Notes: a model not told the origin generated them from the sequence alone. Shown: positions 37,568 through 47,822, numbered from the stretch's first letter. The stretch is 64,000 nt of DNA from Candidatus Poseidoniales archaeon (GCA_003602575.1 QQRY01000059.1:145-64144); one strand, 5' to 3'. A program made the numbers and translations.

Positions 37568-40500
37568 TCACTGATAGGGATTTTCACCTGGTGAATTTGC
37601 ATGTTGTTGTGAAGCATAAGCAGCCGCTTGAGCTTGGTTGAGCCTAGGTAATGACTTTTGGTTTTGAGGAATATTTCTAGGGTTTTGTGGCTTACGCAGT
37701 CCAAAAATAAGGAGACCTATCAGTGCGACAGTGAATATAAAAATTATAACCAGAAGAATCGGATTAATCTCACTAAATCCTCCTAGAAGTCCACCTGAAG
37801 ATTCTTCCTCAACATAGAAGGTGTCTGTCTGAGCAGTCGGGCCATTAATGATTACAAACTCAATCCACATTGTACCTTCTCTGTCGGGGCTCCACTGATG
37901 TGAAAATATTCCAGTCCCACCCGATTGTATTTCGATTTCTTGTGCATGAATCCTAGTTCTTGCACCATTGCTTTCCACTCTCTCTACAATAAGTTGAGCA
38001 AAACCAGAAGCTTCACCTGAATTTTTAATCAATACTGCCAGTTCTACATTTTCGCCTACTGAGATGTCTCGTGATGGTGAAATCTCTGGTTCTTGGAATA
38101 CGAACTCTGGAACTTGCTGCTCTAATTGCCAAATACTCAAAGGTGCATCAATTGCATTGAATTCTGAACTTATATCCTGTCCAGACATATCCTTCCCAGT
38201 AACCCAAATTCGAAGCTCTAATGCTTGATTTCGTTCTTCTTCAAGAATTGCATCTTGTAAGTTTAGTGAAGCAAATAATGGAATTTCTTGCCCATATGGT
38301 TTACCACCTAATAATTCAAGGTTAGATGAACCATTGACTACACTATTAGTCAACATACCAAATCCGGATGGATGAACTTCCCAGTTAAGTTGTAGTGAGT
38401 CAACATCTAAATAATCAGATTCAGAAATTAATAGTTCAATTTCAAGTTCAGACCAATCGGATTCATAAATTAACTCATTGACTGCAGGATGATTAATTTT
38501 AACCATCTCTGGAGGAGAATCATCAATGACAAACCACATTAGAGGGTTAACTGGTTGTTTAATCGATGCACCATTAGGAGAGTTACGAAGAGACACCTCG
38601 AAATAATAAGAATTCGTAATCAGAGGAGATATGATAGTACCGTTAAAAGAACCATTAACGAAATCTACTTGTGCTTGGTTTCCACCAATTTCAAACAATA
38701 AATCCAGTGATTGGTTGACACTTCTACCAGTCATCGACCAAACTATCTCGCCCACGACATTCACATCTTCACGTGGTTGTACCCAGTGAGCATCGCCGGA
38801 TAGCAACTGATTATTTACTGTAAATTCTAAAGATGATTTGTCTATTGACATCTCACCCGAGAATCTCCAATCCAAATCATATAACTCCAAGAGGGTCGAT
38901 TGACCGTTCAAATCTGAAATCATTATGCTAGGTCTTCGATAGATACTGTCATCTGGATCAAAGCCCCATTGTAATTTGAAATCAATAATAAATTTACCAT
39001 TTGATGCAAATATATCATCTCCTGAATCACTAACTATTCTACAACTCTCGATGCTTATGTAAAGTGTTGATGCTGTACAGACATTGCCGTCTCGGTCCCA
39101 AATGATTGTAGAATCATCAGGTTGATTAGATGATAAATCGAATTCAATATGATTGATATCTGTTATTCCATTCTTATCCCAAATCGGGATTTCTAAATTT
39201 ATCATTTCACCTGGATGTAGCCATGTATCAGGCCCGAGGCCCCAAGTCAATGGGTCATAGCCTAATTGTGGTGAACCGTCGTTGCTAATCTGAAGGTGGT
39301 ACAATGGAGATGTAGAATTACCAGAATTCGAAAGTAAATTACCTGCTGAATCTGCAATTTCTAGCCAACCGATGGAATATGAGCCATCATTTGCTTGAGA
39401 TGTATCCAAATCGAATCCATAATTTCCTTGTAACAATGTCAAATCATTTGGTTGTATAAGATCACTGACTTGTACTTCTTCAATCTGCATCAAATTATCA
39501 TTATTAGAGTCATGCTCCCAAGAATTCCAGAAATTAATTTTTGCATGTGTAGGTAAAACCGGTCGGTCTGAAATGGTAAATTCTAATTGAGTTGAAGGAG
39601 ATGCTTCAACATGGTCGTATTCATCTATATTCATGTACAATAATTCTGGCGAAATGGAATCAAAACCGAAATTCGCTGAACTAGGTACCTGATAAGATAC
39701 AGCCTGACCTTGGAGAGGCATTAGTTCTAATTCGACCAAAACATTACTTTCATCAGATGGAACAACCCAAGGAATCGAAACGATTCCATCATTGATAATT
39801 GTGGATGTAGAATATTCATTACCTTCAATCAATAATCTAACCAATACTTGGCCAGTCCTAGGCGATGACATCTCGCTACCTTCAAAACCTAATTCTGCAA
39901 TAACAGTGACCGGCTCACCAGATTTTAGATATGGATAATCATTATCAGAATTTATTCCATTTAGTCCTTCAACATACCAATCGTTCAGAGAAATATCATT
40001 CTCAACTCCATTTGAGTTACCCAGTCCAAACAATTTGCTAACAGGAAGCATAGGTCCGCTGGATGATACCAAATTTGCAGATACCACTAGAGACTCTTCA
40101 TCATCCCACTGAATAGGGAACTTGAATCTGTGATTAAATTGAAGAATTGTCCCACTTTCTACCATTGAAATACTTCCACTTTGGCCTAAATCGCTCCACA
40201 TAAGTCCAACACCTGATTGAATACAAGAAGTAATTCCATTGCCGTATAGAGGCATTGACAAAATAGGGCATCTAATTTGACTACTATGGTCTTGTCCTAC
40301 CAAATTTAAATCAATCAACCAAGAATTAGAACGAGAATAATCTCCAGGGTTAGTAATTCCAATTCCCGAAAAGTCGAAGGTACTAACCACATCTATCCAA
40401 TCTACTGATGGAGTGAAAGTATCTGTGACGTTAACGACCTCTAGAGATACTGGGATAACAGATGCTTGTGAAGTGATTCCATTTACTGTTAGAACAATGG

Positions 40501-42538
40501 AACCGGTCCCCAACATCCTAACAGGCAGTGAAACTTCTTTACTTCCAGAAACCGAAATAACTGACCCTAATTGATTATTTACTCCCAAAACTAAACTATC
40601 GGTTGCCAAGAAGTCAAGTGTGATAGAATCGTCATATATAGCCATCAATCCACCCATGTGAACGTTGGTTGAAGTTGATGATGAGCCGATTTTAATCGCA
40701 ACTTCAACGAAATTCAATCCATTGAGATTAATCGAGTAAACAGCCTGAGAAAGGGCAGTGTTGATATTTGAAATATCTCCTGCTGATAATTTAATATCCT
40801 GAACCGAAGTCATAGTGTCCAATGTCTTGGTAAGAATATCCTGCCCTCCAACTGTAACTGTCAAGTATGGATTAATCATTGCAACTCCCGGACTTGCTGC
40901 GACAAAATTGAAAGATTCAATTCCTGAAGATGGCATCATTACTGAAAAGTAAGAAGGAGTAGATGGGGTAGATGGGGATTCTTTCCACAAAGAATCATCA
41001 CTAAATCTATCTTGAATTCCAAGCCTACCAATTCCAGTTTTATCCATAGACCAGTCGGCAAATCCATCAAGACCAATATCTATTTCCAAACCATCTGCAA
41101 CACTAGTTCTAACCAATTCAACATCGAACGTATCCAATGCCCAATTGCCACCAGTTCCAAAAACTCTAAAATGCACTGAGAAATGTGGTTTATCTAGAGT
41201 TTGGAATACATTATTCACCAGGCTGCTCCATGTTTGACCTGAATCTAAACTATACTCAAGTCTAGCTGAACCAGTTAAACTAGTATTAGACTTCATTCCA
41301 ACAAAACCGCTTCTAACTAAGAATTCAGGAGAAGTGGCTGTACCTGATCCACTGATTTGTTCATTAATCCAGTTTGAACTTTGTAGTAGCCATCCTCTAT
41401 CTGCCGGACTAGTAGCGAAATCGTCAACCATTAAACCTTCAAAATGTATACCATTAATTTCTGGTAAAGTACCAGAAGTGGTTTCCATGTAAACAAATAT
41501 TTTAGCCATAGGATATGTTTCCCAATCTATCATTCCCAAATCTAGAGAAGTTACAGTTAAATCTTCAAACCCTGGAATTGTTAGATTGGTTGATGCATCA
41601 ACTAAATCCCATTCAAAAACCGCATCATCTGGAATATATGCATCCATGTACATGAAACCAAAATTGCGAATCTCTCCTTGACCCGTAGCTTCAGGGCCAA
41701 ATGGTTCAGACATCCAGTACCCATCGCCATTTCCTGCACCTCCGGCAGGCGTGATAACAATCTCATCAACCCAAGCGGTATCCGAGCCAGAGTTCACACT
41801 TCCATCCTTAGTGTATGACCAAGTTAGTGTTGATATGGAGGAAGTGATAGAAAATGAGTGCGTTCCTGTAGCAGAGCCAGACCATTGGTTAGTGTATGAA
41901 TATCGAGAACAAGCAGTGTTATCAATGCAAAAATTAAGATAATCAAAACTACCTTCAGAAGATACTTGATAATTGAATGTCCCCGTACCTGCTGGTAAAG
42001 AAGATACATCTAAAGTCATAGAAGTCACTTGATTATGGGTGATAGTTCCCGCTTTAGCAGTCTTCGAACCAACAAGCACATTTGAACTTTGAATTGCCCA
42101 GTTAGATATTCCACTCAATGTCCAATCCGGTGAAAATGAGCCTGATTCAAAATCCCATTTCCATTCTTGAGGCAATAATGATAGTGAAGTACCATTTACA
42201 TCAACTCCGGAATAATTTTGTGAGGCTGAAAAATCATTTGCATCTGTCAAAGAAAAGGCAGTTGAAGTTGGAAGAGAAGACGATTCCACTCCTAAACTCA
42301 ATGTTTGAACTACTTCGCCATCTGGGACTGAAACTGAAACTTTCTCTACCGCACCATCGGGGAATGAACCTATAGACACAGTAGTTCCTTGGCCAATGGG
42401 TGTTGTTGAATCGATGTCAAAATCCGACAATACCGAAATTTCTGGTGATTTTTCGGTAATTACTGGCATTTGGGAAGAAAGAATGAACAACATCACAATC
42501 CCGACGGCCGAAAAAATACCGCGATTCATCAGTCCCAT
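37568..42538 (-). CDS. Giant (1656 aa) surface protein with signal peptide, CARDB-like domain, C-terminal TM anchor and short cytoplasmic tail
   Basis: N-terminus MGLMNRGIFSAVGIVMLFILSSQ. CARDB-like signature GENVELAVLIKNSGEASGFAQLIVERV. C-terminus GGFSEINPILLVIIFIFTVALIGLLIFGLRKPQNPR. Confidence 0.8.
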   Translation of the reverse strand: MGLMNRGIFSAVGIVMLFILSSQMPVITEKSPEISVLSDFDIDSTTPIGQGTTVSIGSFPDGAVEKVSVSVPDGEVVQTLSLGVESSSLPTSTAFSLTDANDFSASQNYSGVDVNGTSLSLLPQEWKWDFESGSFSPDWTLSGISNWAIQSSNVLVGSKTAKAGTITHNQVTSMTLDVSSLPAGTGTFNYQVSSEGSFDYLNFCIDNTACSRYSYTNQWSGSATGTHSFSITSSISTLTWSYTKDGSVNSGSDTAWVDEIVITPAGGAGNGDGYWMSEPFGPEATGQGEIRNFGFMYMDAYIPDDAVFEWDLVDASTNLTIPGFEDLTVTSLDLGMIDWETYPMAKIFVYMETTSGTLPEINGIHFEGLMVDDFATSPADRGWLLQSSNWINEQISGSGTATSPEFLVRSGFVGMKSNTSLTGSARLEYSLDSGQTWSSLVNNVFQTLDKPHFSVHFRVFGTGGNWALDTFDVELVRTSVADGLEIDIGLDGFADWSMDKTGIGRLGIQDRFSDDSLWKESPSTPSTPSYFSVMMPSSGIESFNFVAASPGVAMINPYLTVTVGGQDILTKTLDTMTSVQDIKLSAGDISNINTALSQAVYSINLNGLNFVEVAIKIGSSSTSTNVHMGGLMAIYDDSITLDFLATDSLVLGVNNQLGSVISVSGSKEVSLPVRMLGTGSIVLTVNGITSQASVIPVSLEVVNVTDTFTPSVDWIDVVSTFDFSGIGITNPGDYSRSNSWLIDLNLVGQDHSSQIRCPILSMPLYGNGITSCIQSGVGLMWSDLGQSGSISMVESGTILQFNHRFKFPIQWDDEESLVVSANLVSSSGPMLPVSKLFGLGNSNGVENDISLNDWYVEGLNGINSDNDYPYLKSGEPVTVIAELGFEGSEMSSPRTGQVLVRLLIEGNEYSTSTIINDGIVSIPWVVPSDESNVLVELELMPLQGQAVSYQVPSSANFGFDSISPELLYMNIDEYDHVEASPSTQLEFTISDRPVLPTHAKINFWNSWEHDSNNDNLMQIEEVQVSDLIQPNDLTLLQGNYGFDLDTSQANDGSYSIGWLEIADSAGNLLSNSGNSTSPLYHLQISNDGSPQLGYDPLTWGLGPDTWLHPGEMINLEIPIWDKNGITDINHIEFDLSSNQPDDSTIIWDRDGNVCTASTLYISIESCRIVSDSGDDIFASNGKFIIDFKLQWGFDPDDSIYRRPSIMISDLNGQSTLLELYDLDWRFSGEMSIDKSSLEFTVNNQLLSGDAHWVQPREDVNVVGEIVWSMTGRSVNQSLDLLFEIGGNQAQVDFVNGSFNGTIISPLITNSYYFEVSLRNSPNGASIKQPVNPLMWFVIDDSPPEMVKINHPAVNELIYESDWSELEIELLISESDYLDVDSLQLNWEVHPSGFGMLTNSVVNGSSNLELLGGKPYGQEIPLFASLNLQDAILEEERNQALELRIWVTGKDMSGQDISSEFNAIDAPLSIWQLEQQVPEFVFQEPEISPSRDISVGENVELAVLIKNSGEASGFAQLIVERVESNGARTRIHAQEIEIQSGGTGIFSHQWSPDREGTMWIEFVIINGPTAQTDTFYVEEESSGGLLGGFSEINPILLVIIFIFTVALIGLLIFGLRKPQNPRNIPQNQKSLPRLNQAQAAAYASQQHANSPGENPYQ

Positions 42539-42646
42539 GTCTACTTTGACGCGTACTGGTAGGTCAAAAGATTTCGCTATATTTTAACATCTAAACATTT
42601 TCAGATTTAAAGAAATTATCAAAGGCCCAGCCACATTACAACAAAT

Positions 42647-43348
42647 ATGGAAGATGTCGAATTGCTGAAGAGAAATGCTGGCATTGCCGCATGTAAATTT
42701 GTCAAAAATAAAATGAAAGTTGGACTGGGAACTGGATCTACTGTCAAACACACCGTTATTGAGTTAGGTCGAATGATAAAGGAAGAAGGTCTTGAAATCG
42801 TAGGAGTTCCAACCTCATTGGCTACTGAAAAATTAGCCCTAGAAGTAGGAATACCTCTTGTCGAACTTTCTGATGTCAATTCATTGGATATTGTAATAGA
42901 TGGAGCAGATGAATTCGACCCTGATTTTCAATTAATAAAAGGCGGAGGAGCAGCATTACTAAGAGAAAAAATTGTGGCTCAAGAATCAAAAGCTATGGTC
43001 GTAGTTGCTGATGAAAGAAAACGTGTCTCTAAATTAGGGGCGTTTCCGCTGCCAATCGAGATAACACCATTTGCTTACCAATCTACTATCCGTAAACTAA
43101 CTAATTTGCTTGACTGTAGAGTCAATTGTAGAATGTCGGGCGATAATCCAGTCATAACAGATAATGGTAATTTGATTGCTGATGCACATTGCGGACCATC
43201 GATTGAAGAACCAAGAAAGGTTGAAAATGAAATTTTGATGATCGCTGGAGTTGTTCAAGTTGGCTTGTTCAACGATATGTGTGATGCTGTGATACTTGCT
43301 GGAAACAATGGTGTTGAAGAAATAATTAACCCGAATGGCCGCCTATAA
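42647..43348 (+). CDS. rpiA: Ribose-5-phosphate isomerase A
   Basis: Motifs GLGTGSTV, IDGADE and KGGGAALLREK. Confidence 0.9.
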   Translation: MEDVELLKRNAGIAACKFVKNKMKVGLGTGSTVKHTVIELGRMIKEEGLEIVGVPTSLATEKLALEVGIPLVELSDVNSLDIVIDGADEFDPDFQLIKGGGAALLREKIVAQESKAMVVVADERKRVSKLGAFPLPIEITPFAYQSTIRKLTNLLDCRVNCRMSGDNPVITDNGNLIADAHCGPSIEEPRKVENEILMIAGVVQVGLFNDMCDAVILAGNNGVEEIINPNGRL

Positions 43349-43397
43349 TTGAAATAAACAAATCAATGATTAAATACGGGTGTTAAGACGCTTGGTT

Positions 43398-43471
43398 GGG
43401 CCTGTAGCTTAGTCAGGTAGAGCGACGGACTCTTAATCCGTCGGTCGCGGGTTCGAACCCCGTCAGGCCCG
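43398..43471 (+). tRNA. tRNA-Lys (anticodon CUU)
   Basis: Acceptor GGGCCUG/CAGGCCC. Anticodon arm ACGGA-CUCUUAA-UCCGU. T arm GCGGG-UUCGAAC-CCCGU. Confidence 0.85.
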
Positions 43472-43472
43472 C

Positions 43473-43769
43473 CTAACCACGATTAATTCCCAATACGTTA
43501 TTTTTAGAAACAAATCCAAAATTATGTGAATCTTCTGAAGATGTTGGATCTGGATTATCGCCTACAACCCACAAATCACCTTCTTGATTGATTTTTTGTA
43601 TTCTCTTAATTATTGTCAAATTACTATTGAACGGATGTAAAAAAACAATTATTTCACCAATAAATAGTTCTTGACCAACATACTCTTCGCATTCAATAAC
43701 TTGCCCGTCATCTAAAACCGGCCACATACTGTGGCCTGAAACAACAACTTGGATGTTTTTCATCAACAA
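43473..43769 (-). CDS. sodX: NiSOD maturation endopeptidase (SodX, S26 signal-peptidase family)
   Basis: Motifs GHSMWPVL (Ser), IIKRI (Lys) and GDNPDPTSSEDSHNFG. Lies immediately downstream of sodN. Confidence 0.75.
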   Translation of the reverse strand: MLMKNIQVVVSGHSMWPVLDDGQVIECEEYVGQELFIGEIIVFLHPFNSNLTIIKRIQKINQEGDLWVVGDNPDPTSSEDSHNFGFVSKNNVLGINRG

Positions 43770-44204
43770 TCAACTTGCACGAATCCAAGGAACTTCTTTG
43801 CCCTTGACCGCCCAAAACATGTTATGGATACCTTCGATAGCATCCATCAATTCTTGTGCATGTTCCGCTGAAACTTCTACCTTACATGCACTGCAAAGTT
43901 TTGCAGCCTTCCAAAAAGTATCATGAAGGTCAGGGATGGATTCCAAGTGTTGAGGCTTGAAGAAATCTGTCCAGAGAACCAATAACTCATCCTTGCACTT
44001 CTGAGCCTCTTCCTCTTTGATCGATGCATAACGGCTCATTGTATTGAGATAAGTTGCTGAACCGCTGTTATCTGAATGGTTTTGAGCTAGTGTTAGCATT
44101 TTCTTGGTCATAGATTGTACTGCTTCTCCTGCTACTCTTGCACTTGCTGGGTCGTATACTCCACACGGCCCATCACAATGCGCCTCTGCTATAATTGCTG
44201 ACAT
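43770..44204 (-). CDS. sodN: Nickel-containing superoxide dismutase precursor
   Basis: An 8-aa leader is followed by the Ni-hook HCDGPCGVYDP. About 144 aa, four-helix-bundle size. Confidence 0.9.
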   Translation of the reverse strand: MSAIIAEAHCDGPCGVYDPASARVAGEAVQSMTKKMLTLAQNHSDNSGSATYLNTMSRYASIKEEEAQKCKDELLVLWTDFFKPQHLESIPDLHDTFWKAAKLCSACKVEVSAEHAQELMDAIEGIHNMFWAVKGKEVPWIRAS

Positions 44205-44247
44205 ATATCATCCCAGACCTAGGAGTCATATCAATTTAATGATTGAA

Positions 44248-45171
44248 TCACTTTACTACAATCGTTGTTCCTTCTTCCCCTTTTAACGCTTTTAGAGCAT
44301 CCCCTGGTTGGCAAAGAATTGATTTGAGATTGGGATTGTGTAAAGTTGCTTCTACTAAACTACCGATTTTGGGAGCCATTGAGCCCTTTGGAAATTCTCC
44401 TTTTGAAGTAAATTCTTCACACTGGTCAATGGTTAAAATCCGGTGTGATGTTTCTTGTTCGGTTCCAAATCCGGTTTTGACACAATCGATTGCTGTCGAA
44501 ATAATTAATGCATCAGCGTTAAGTTTTATTGCCAATAATGATGATAATCTATCTTTATCGATTACTGCTGGTACTCCTGAAAAATGATTCTCATGACGAA
44601 CAACTGGGATACCGCCACCACCTCCACATATTACGACTGCTTTCAGTTCCACTAATTTTCTGATAACCTCAAGGTCTAGAACATTCATTGGAAGAGGGCT
44701 TGCAACTACTCTTCTCGGACCTAACTTAGTTTCTGCTATATCCCAATCAGCAGACATCACTACTTGGTCGGATAGAACTGGACCTACTGGTTTTGTCGGG
44801 AATTTAAAGCCATTATCAGATGGATCAACCTCGACCCTAGTAACTACACAGACTGTCCTTTCTGGCCGCCTTCTCTTATTCAAAATTGAATCTAGATTCA
44901 AAGAAAGTGAATGACCTATCATGCCCTGTGTTGCAGCAACCCAAGAATCCATGGTTTGTGAAATATTTTGATCTAATTGCATCAGATGACCTACTTGAGG
45001 GCCATTGCCGTGTGTTAAAACTACGCTCCAACCAGCTTCCAGTAAGTCCACAACATCGCTCATCACTCTGGCAAGAACCTCTTCACTTTTACCATCTTCA
45101 TCCCCAGTAGGCGAAGATAGAGCATTCCCCCCAATTGCATATACTGCAACACGATTCATACCTATTGCCAA
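44248..45171 (-). CDS. arcC: Carbamate kinase
   Basis: Motifs AIGGNAL, THGNGPQVG and GGGGGIPV. Confidence 0.85.
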   Translation of the reverse strand: MAIGMNRVAVYAIGGNALSSPTGDEDGKSEEVLARVMSDVVDLLEAGWSVVLTHGNGPQVGHLMQLDQNISQTMDSWVAATQGMIGHSLSLNLDSILNKRRRPERTVCVVTRVEVDPSDNGFKFPTKPVGPVLSDQVVMSADWDIAETKLGPRRVVASPLPMNVLDLEVIRKLVELKAVVICGGGGGIPVVRHENHFSGVPAVIDKDRLSSLLAIKLNADALIISTAIDCVKTGFGTEQETSHRILTIDQCEEFTSKGEFPKGSMAPKIGSLVEATLHNPNLKSILCQPGDALKALKGEEGTTIVVK

Positions 45172-45295
45172 CAGCGATATAGTTTGAGTATTTCCTATAT
45201 ATGATTAATAAAATTGCTTTTTTACAACCTCTAGAAATGTTCCAACTTGGGTGACATTGAATTATACCTATCTTTAGGGTTAATTGGGCGAGAGT

Positions 45296-46624
45296 ATGAA
45301 GACTACGTGGATTGGAGATGTACAATCGGGTCAGCATGATGATAAAGAAGTTGAATTGAAGGGTTGGGTGAAGCGTTCTCGCGGTTCTAATAAAATCCGA
45401 TTTATTGTACTTCGAGATTCGACTGGAACAATTCAGTGCGTGGCAAAAAGAGATGTCTTGGGAGATGAAAGTTTTGAACAAATTAAATCAGCACTCATAG
45501 AGTCATCAATTATTCTCAAGGGTATTGTTAACGTTGATGAACGCTCAGAAGGTGGTCATGAACTTGTTGTTAATTCAGCAGAGGTCATTGGTCCTGTAAA
45601 TCCTGAAACTCCTTTCCCAATTACTGAATCTGCAATGGCTGCAGCAGATGGTGGAGAAACTGAATTCCTTTTGGATAATCGACATCTATACCTTCGAACT
45701 TCTAGAATGACTACTATGTTGAAAATTCGTAGTTCTGTTTTTGGTGCAATCCATTCATACTTTAGAGACAGAGATTTCCTCGAATACCAAGCCCCCAACT
45801 TTGTTGCTGGAGCAGTCGAAGGTGGCTCAACACTTTTCGAAGTACCTTACTTTGGTAGAAAGGCATACCTAACTCAATCATGGCAACTTTATGCCGAAGC
45901 GGCAATGCCAGCTTTGGAAAGATTGTATACAATAGCGCCTTCATTCCGTGCAGAAAAGTCTAGAACTAGAAGACATTTAACAGAATTTTGGCATGCTGAA
46001 ATGGAAATGGCATGGGCAACAAATGATGAAATTATGAATCATGGAGAAGGCGTGGTTCGTCACATATCATCTACTCTCCTCGATGAGAGAAGTGATGAAC
46101 TTCAATCTCTAGGTCGAGACCTAGATTTAATCGGACGTTTTGCCGACTCACCTTATCCAAGAATGCGATATGATGAGGCAGTTGAAACTCTTCAAGGACT
46201 TGGAGTAGAAATTGAATGGGGACAGGATTTGGATTACTCGAAAGAGAAAATTTTGACACAAGACTTCGACGTACCGCACTTCTTGACTCACTATCCGAAA
46301 ATCGCCAAACCATTCTATCATAGAGTTGATCCTGGTGATGAAAAATATGTTCTTTGCCACGACCTACTAGCCCCAGAAGGATATGGAGAAATAATCGGTG
46401 GCGGAGAAAGAACTTGGTCAGAAGAAGAAATTTTAGCGAGAATTGATGAAGAAGGTACACCTAGAGAGCCTTATCAATTTTATATCGATACTAGAACCTA
46501 TGGAGGTGTACCTCACGGTGGTTTTGGACTTGGAGTGGATAGGGTTTGCTCCTGGCTTAGCGGTGCTGACCATATTAGAGAAGTAATACCATTCCCTAGA
46601 GATTCAAGAAGAGTTACACCTTAG
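45296..46624 (+). CDS. asnS: Class IIb aminoacyl-tRNA synthetase, most likely asparaginyl-tRNA synthetase
   Basis: N-terminal OB fold, motif 2 FRAEKSRTRRHLTEFWHAEMEMAW and motif 3 GGFGLGVDR. The ExE pattern favours AsnRS over AspRS. Confidence 0.7.
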   Translation: MKTTWIGDVQSGQHDDKEVELKGWVKRSRGSNKIRFIVLRDSTGTIQCVAKRDVLGDESFEQIKSALIESSIILKGIVNVDERSEGGHELVVNSAEVIGPVNPETPFPITESAMAAADGGETEFLLDNRHLYLRTSRMTTMLKIRSSVFGAIHSYFRDRDFLEYQAPNFVAGAVEGGSTLFEVPYFGRKAYLTQSWQLYAEAAMPALERLYTIAPSFRAEKSRTRRHLTEFWHAEMEMAWATNDEIMNHGEGVVRHISSTLLDERSDELQSLGRDLDLIGRFADSPYPRMRYDEAVETLQGLGVEIEWGQDLDYSKEKILTQDFDVPHFLTHYPKIAKPFYHRVDPGDEKYVLCHDLLAPEGYGEIIGGGERTWSEEEILARIDEEGTPREPYQFYIDTRTYGGVPHGGFGLGVDRVCSWLSGADHIREVIPFPRDSRRVTP

Positions 46625-46632
46625 GTGATTTG

Positions 46633-47676
46633 ATGAGTGACGTTATTGCACTTGGGTGCGGTTTGGTTGGAAAATTTGTAATCAAAAGGTTACTAGAAAA
46701 TCAAAATACCGTCACTGTAGTAGATTTGAATATCTCTAAGGAAATTGCAAATCTAGAACAAGTAAATGCCATTGAAGGTGATGTTTTTTCAATAATTGAT
46801 TCTTTGCCAAAAAATAAAATTGTAGTCAATATGTTGCCAGGGCGAATAGGAGATAAGGTAAGACCTAAGTTGATCGAGTCAGGTCATCAAATTATTGATT
46901 TAGCATTCACTTTGGAAGACCCAATTAAATATTCTGAACTTGCCAAAATCAATAATTGCTCACTTCTTTGGGATGTTGGAATTGCTCCTGGATTATCTAA
47001 CATGTTAGTGAAAAGAGGTAGTGAGATATTGGGTGAATTAGATCTTGTCCACATTAAAGTTGGTGGCAATCCATCGGAAATGGATTCAGGCTGGTCATAT
47101 ATGGCCCCATTTTCTCCATCTGATGTTATTGAAGAATATACTAGGCCTGCTAGAATAATTGAAAATAATCAATCTGTAACTGTTCCTGCTTTATCTCAAA
47201 GGCATTTAATCGATGTTGAATACCATGGAAAGATGGAGGCATTTCTCACCGATGGCCTTAGAAGTATAATGGATTCAATACCTGCAAAAGAAATGAAAGA
47301 ATTCACAGTAAGATGGCCTGGACATATTGACAAGTGGATTAATGAAGGCATCGATATGGATGAAAAAGAACTCTTGGAGCAATGGCAATTTGATGATAGT
47401 AGAGATGAATTTACTTGGCTTGAAGTAAAGGTTCAAAAAGATGATTCGAAAATTCGTTGGATGGTTTACGATAGTGGAAAAGACGGCGCCAGTTCAATGG
47501 CAAGAACTACTGGACTGGTTACAGCTGCTTGTGCGATTTTATTCCTAGAAAAAGGACCTTTGAGTGGCTGTGGTTTGGTATCTGGGATACATCCACCTGA
47601 AAATCTCTCAAATGATTCAATTCAATATATTATTGACTATCTACAAGAAAACGGTGTTGAAATAAATCAGTATTAG
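46633..47676 (+). CDS. Saccharopine dehydrogenase-like NAD(P)-binding oxidoreductase
   Basis: N-terminal Rossmann motif IALGCGLVGKFV. Two-domain size. GGTGA lies upstream of the ATG at 46633. Confidence 0.55.
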   Translation: MSDVIALGCGLVGKFVIKRLLENQNTVTVVDLNISKEIANLEQVNAIEGDVFSIIDSLPKNKIVVNMLPGRIGDKVRPKLIESGHQIIDLAFTLEDPIKYSELAKINNCSLLWDVGIAPGLSNMLVKRGSEILGELDLVHIKVGGNPSEMDSGWSYMAPFSPSDVIEEYTRPARIIENNQSVTVPALSQRHLIDVEYHGKMEAFLTDGLRSIMDSIPAKEMKEFTVRWPGHIDKWINEGIDMDEKELLEQWQFDDSRDEFTWLEVKVQKDDSKIRWMVYDSGKDGASSMARTTGLVTAACAILFLEKGPLSGCGLVSGIHPPENLSNDSIQYIIDYLQENGVEINQY

Positions 47677-47789
47677 ATTAATTCTTCATCGCATTCTGGA
47701 CAGGGCATACCTGGTATAAATTCACCTAGGATAAAACCACAATTCGCGCAAAAAGAGGTAAGAAAGGCGTAATCATCTACAGAGGACAT
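47673..47789 (-). CDS. Possible 38-aa zinc-ribbon mini-protein (not in the ORF track)
   Basis: My own translation: MSSVDDYAFLTSFCANCGFILGEFIPGMPCPECDEELI, with two CxxC knuckles. It fills an otherwise empty 146-nt gap, but the SD is weak. Confidence 0.3.
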   Translation of the reverse strand: MSSVDDYAFLTSFCANCGFILGEFIPGMPCPECDEELI

Positions 47790-47822
47790 GACATCTTCTA
47801 TGCACTAGATTAAATAAAACTT

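Noticed and set aside
37343-37704. Two minus-strand ORFs (37343-37567, 37507-37704) in the ORF track
   Set aside because: They overlap the RNase P RNA gene and its promoter and the 3' end of the 1656-aa surface-protein gene (37568-42538). Their composition and lack of motifs indicate chance ORFs in a GC-rich RNA gene.
5358-45171. Arginine deiminase pathway operon (OTC plus carbamate kinase)
   Set aside because: argF and arcC are 38 kb apart, and no arginine deiminase or arginine/ornithine antiporter is visible in the window. There is no evidence here for an ADI operon, and the genes may serve biosynthesis.
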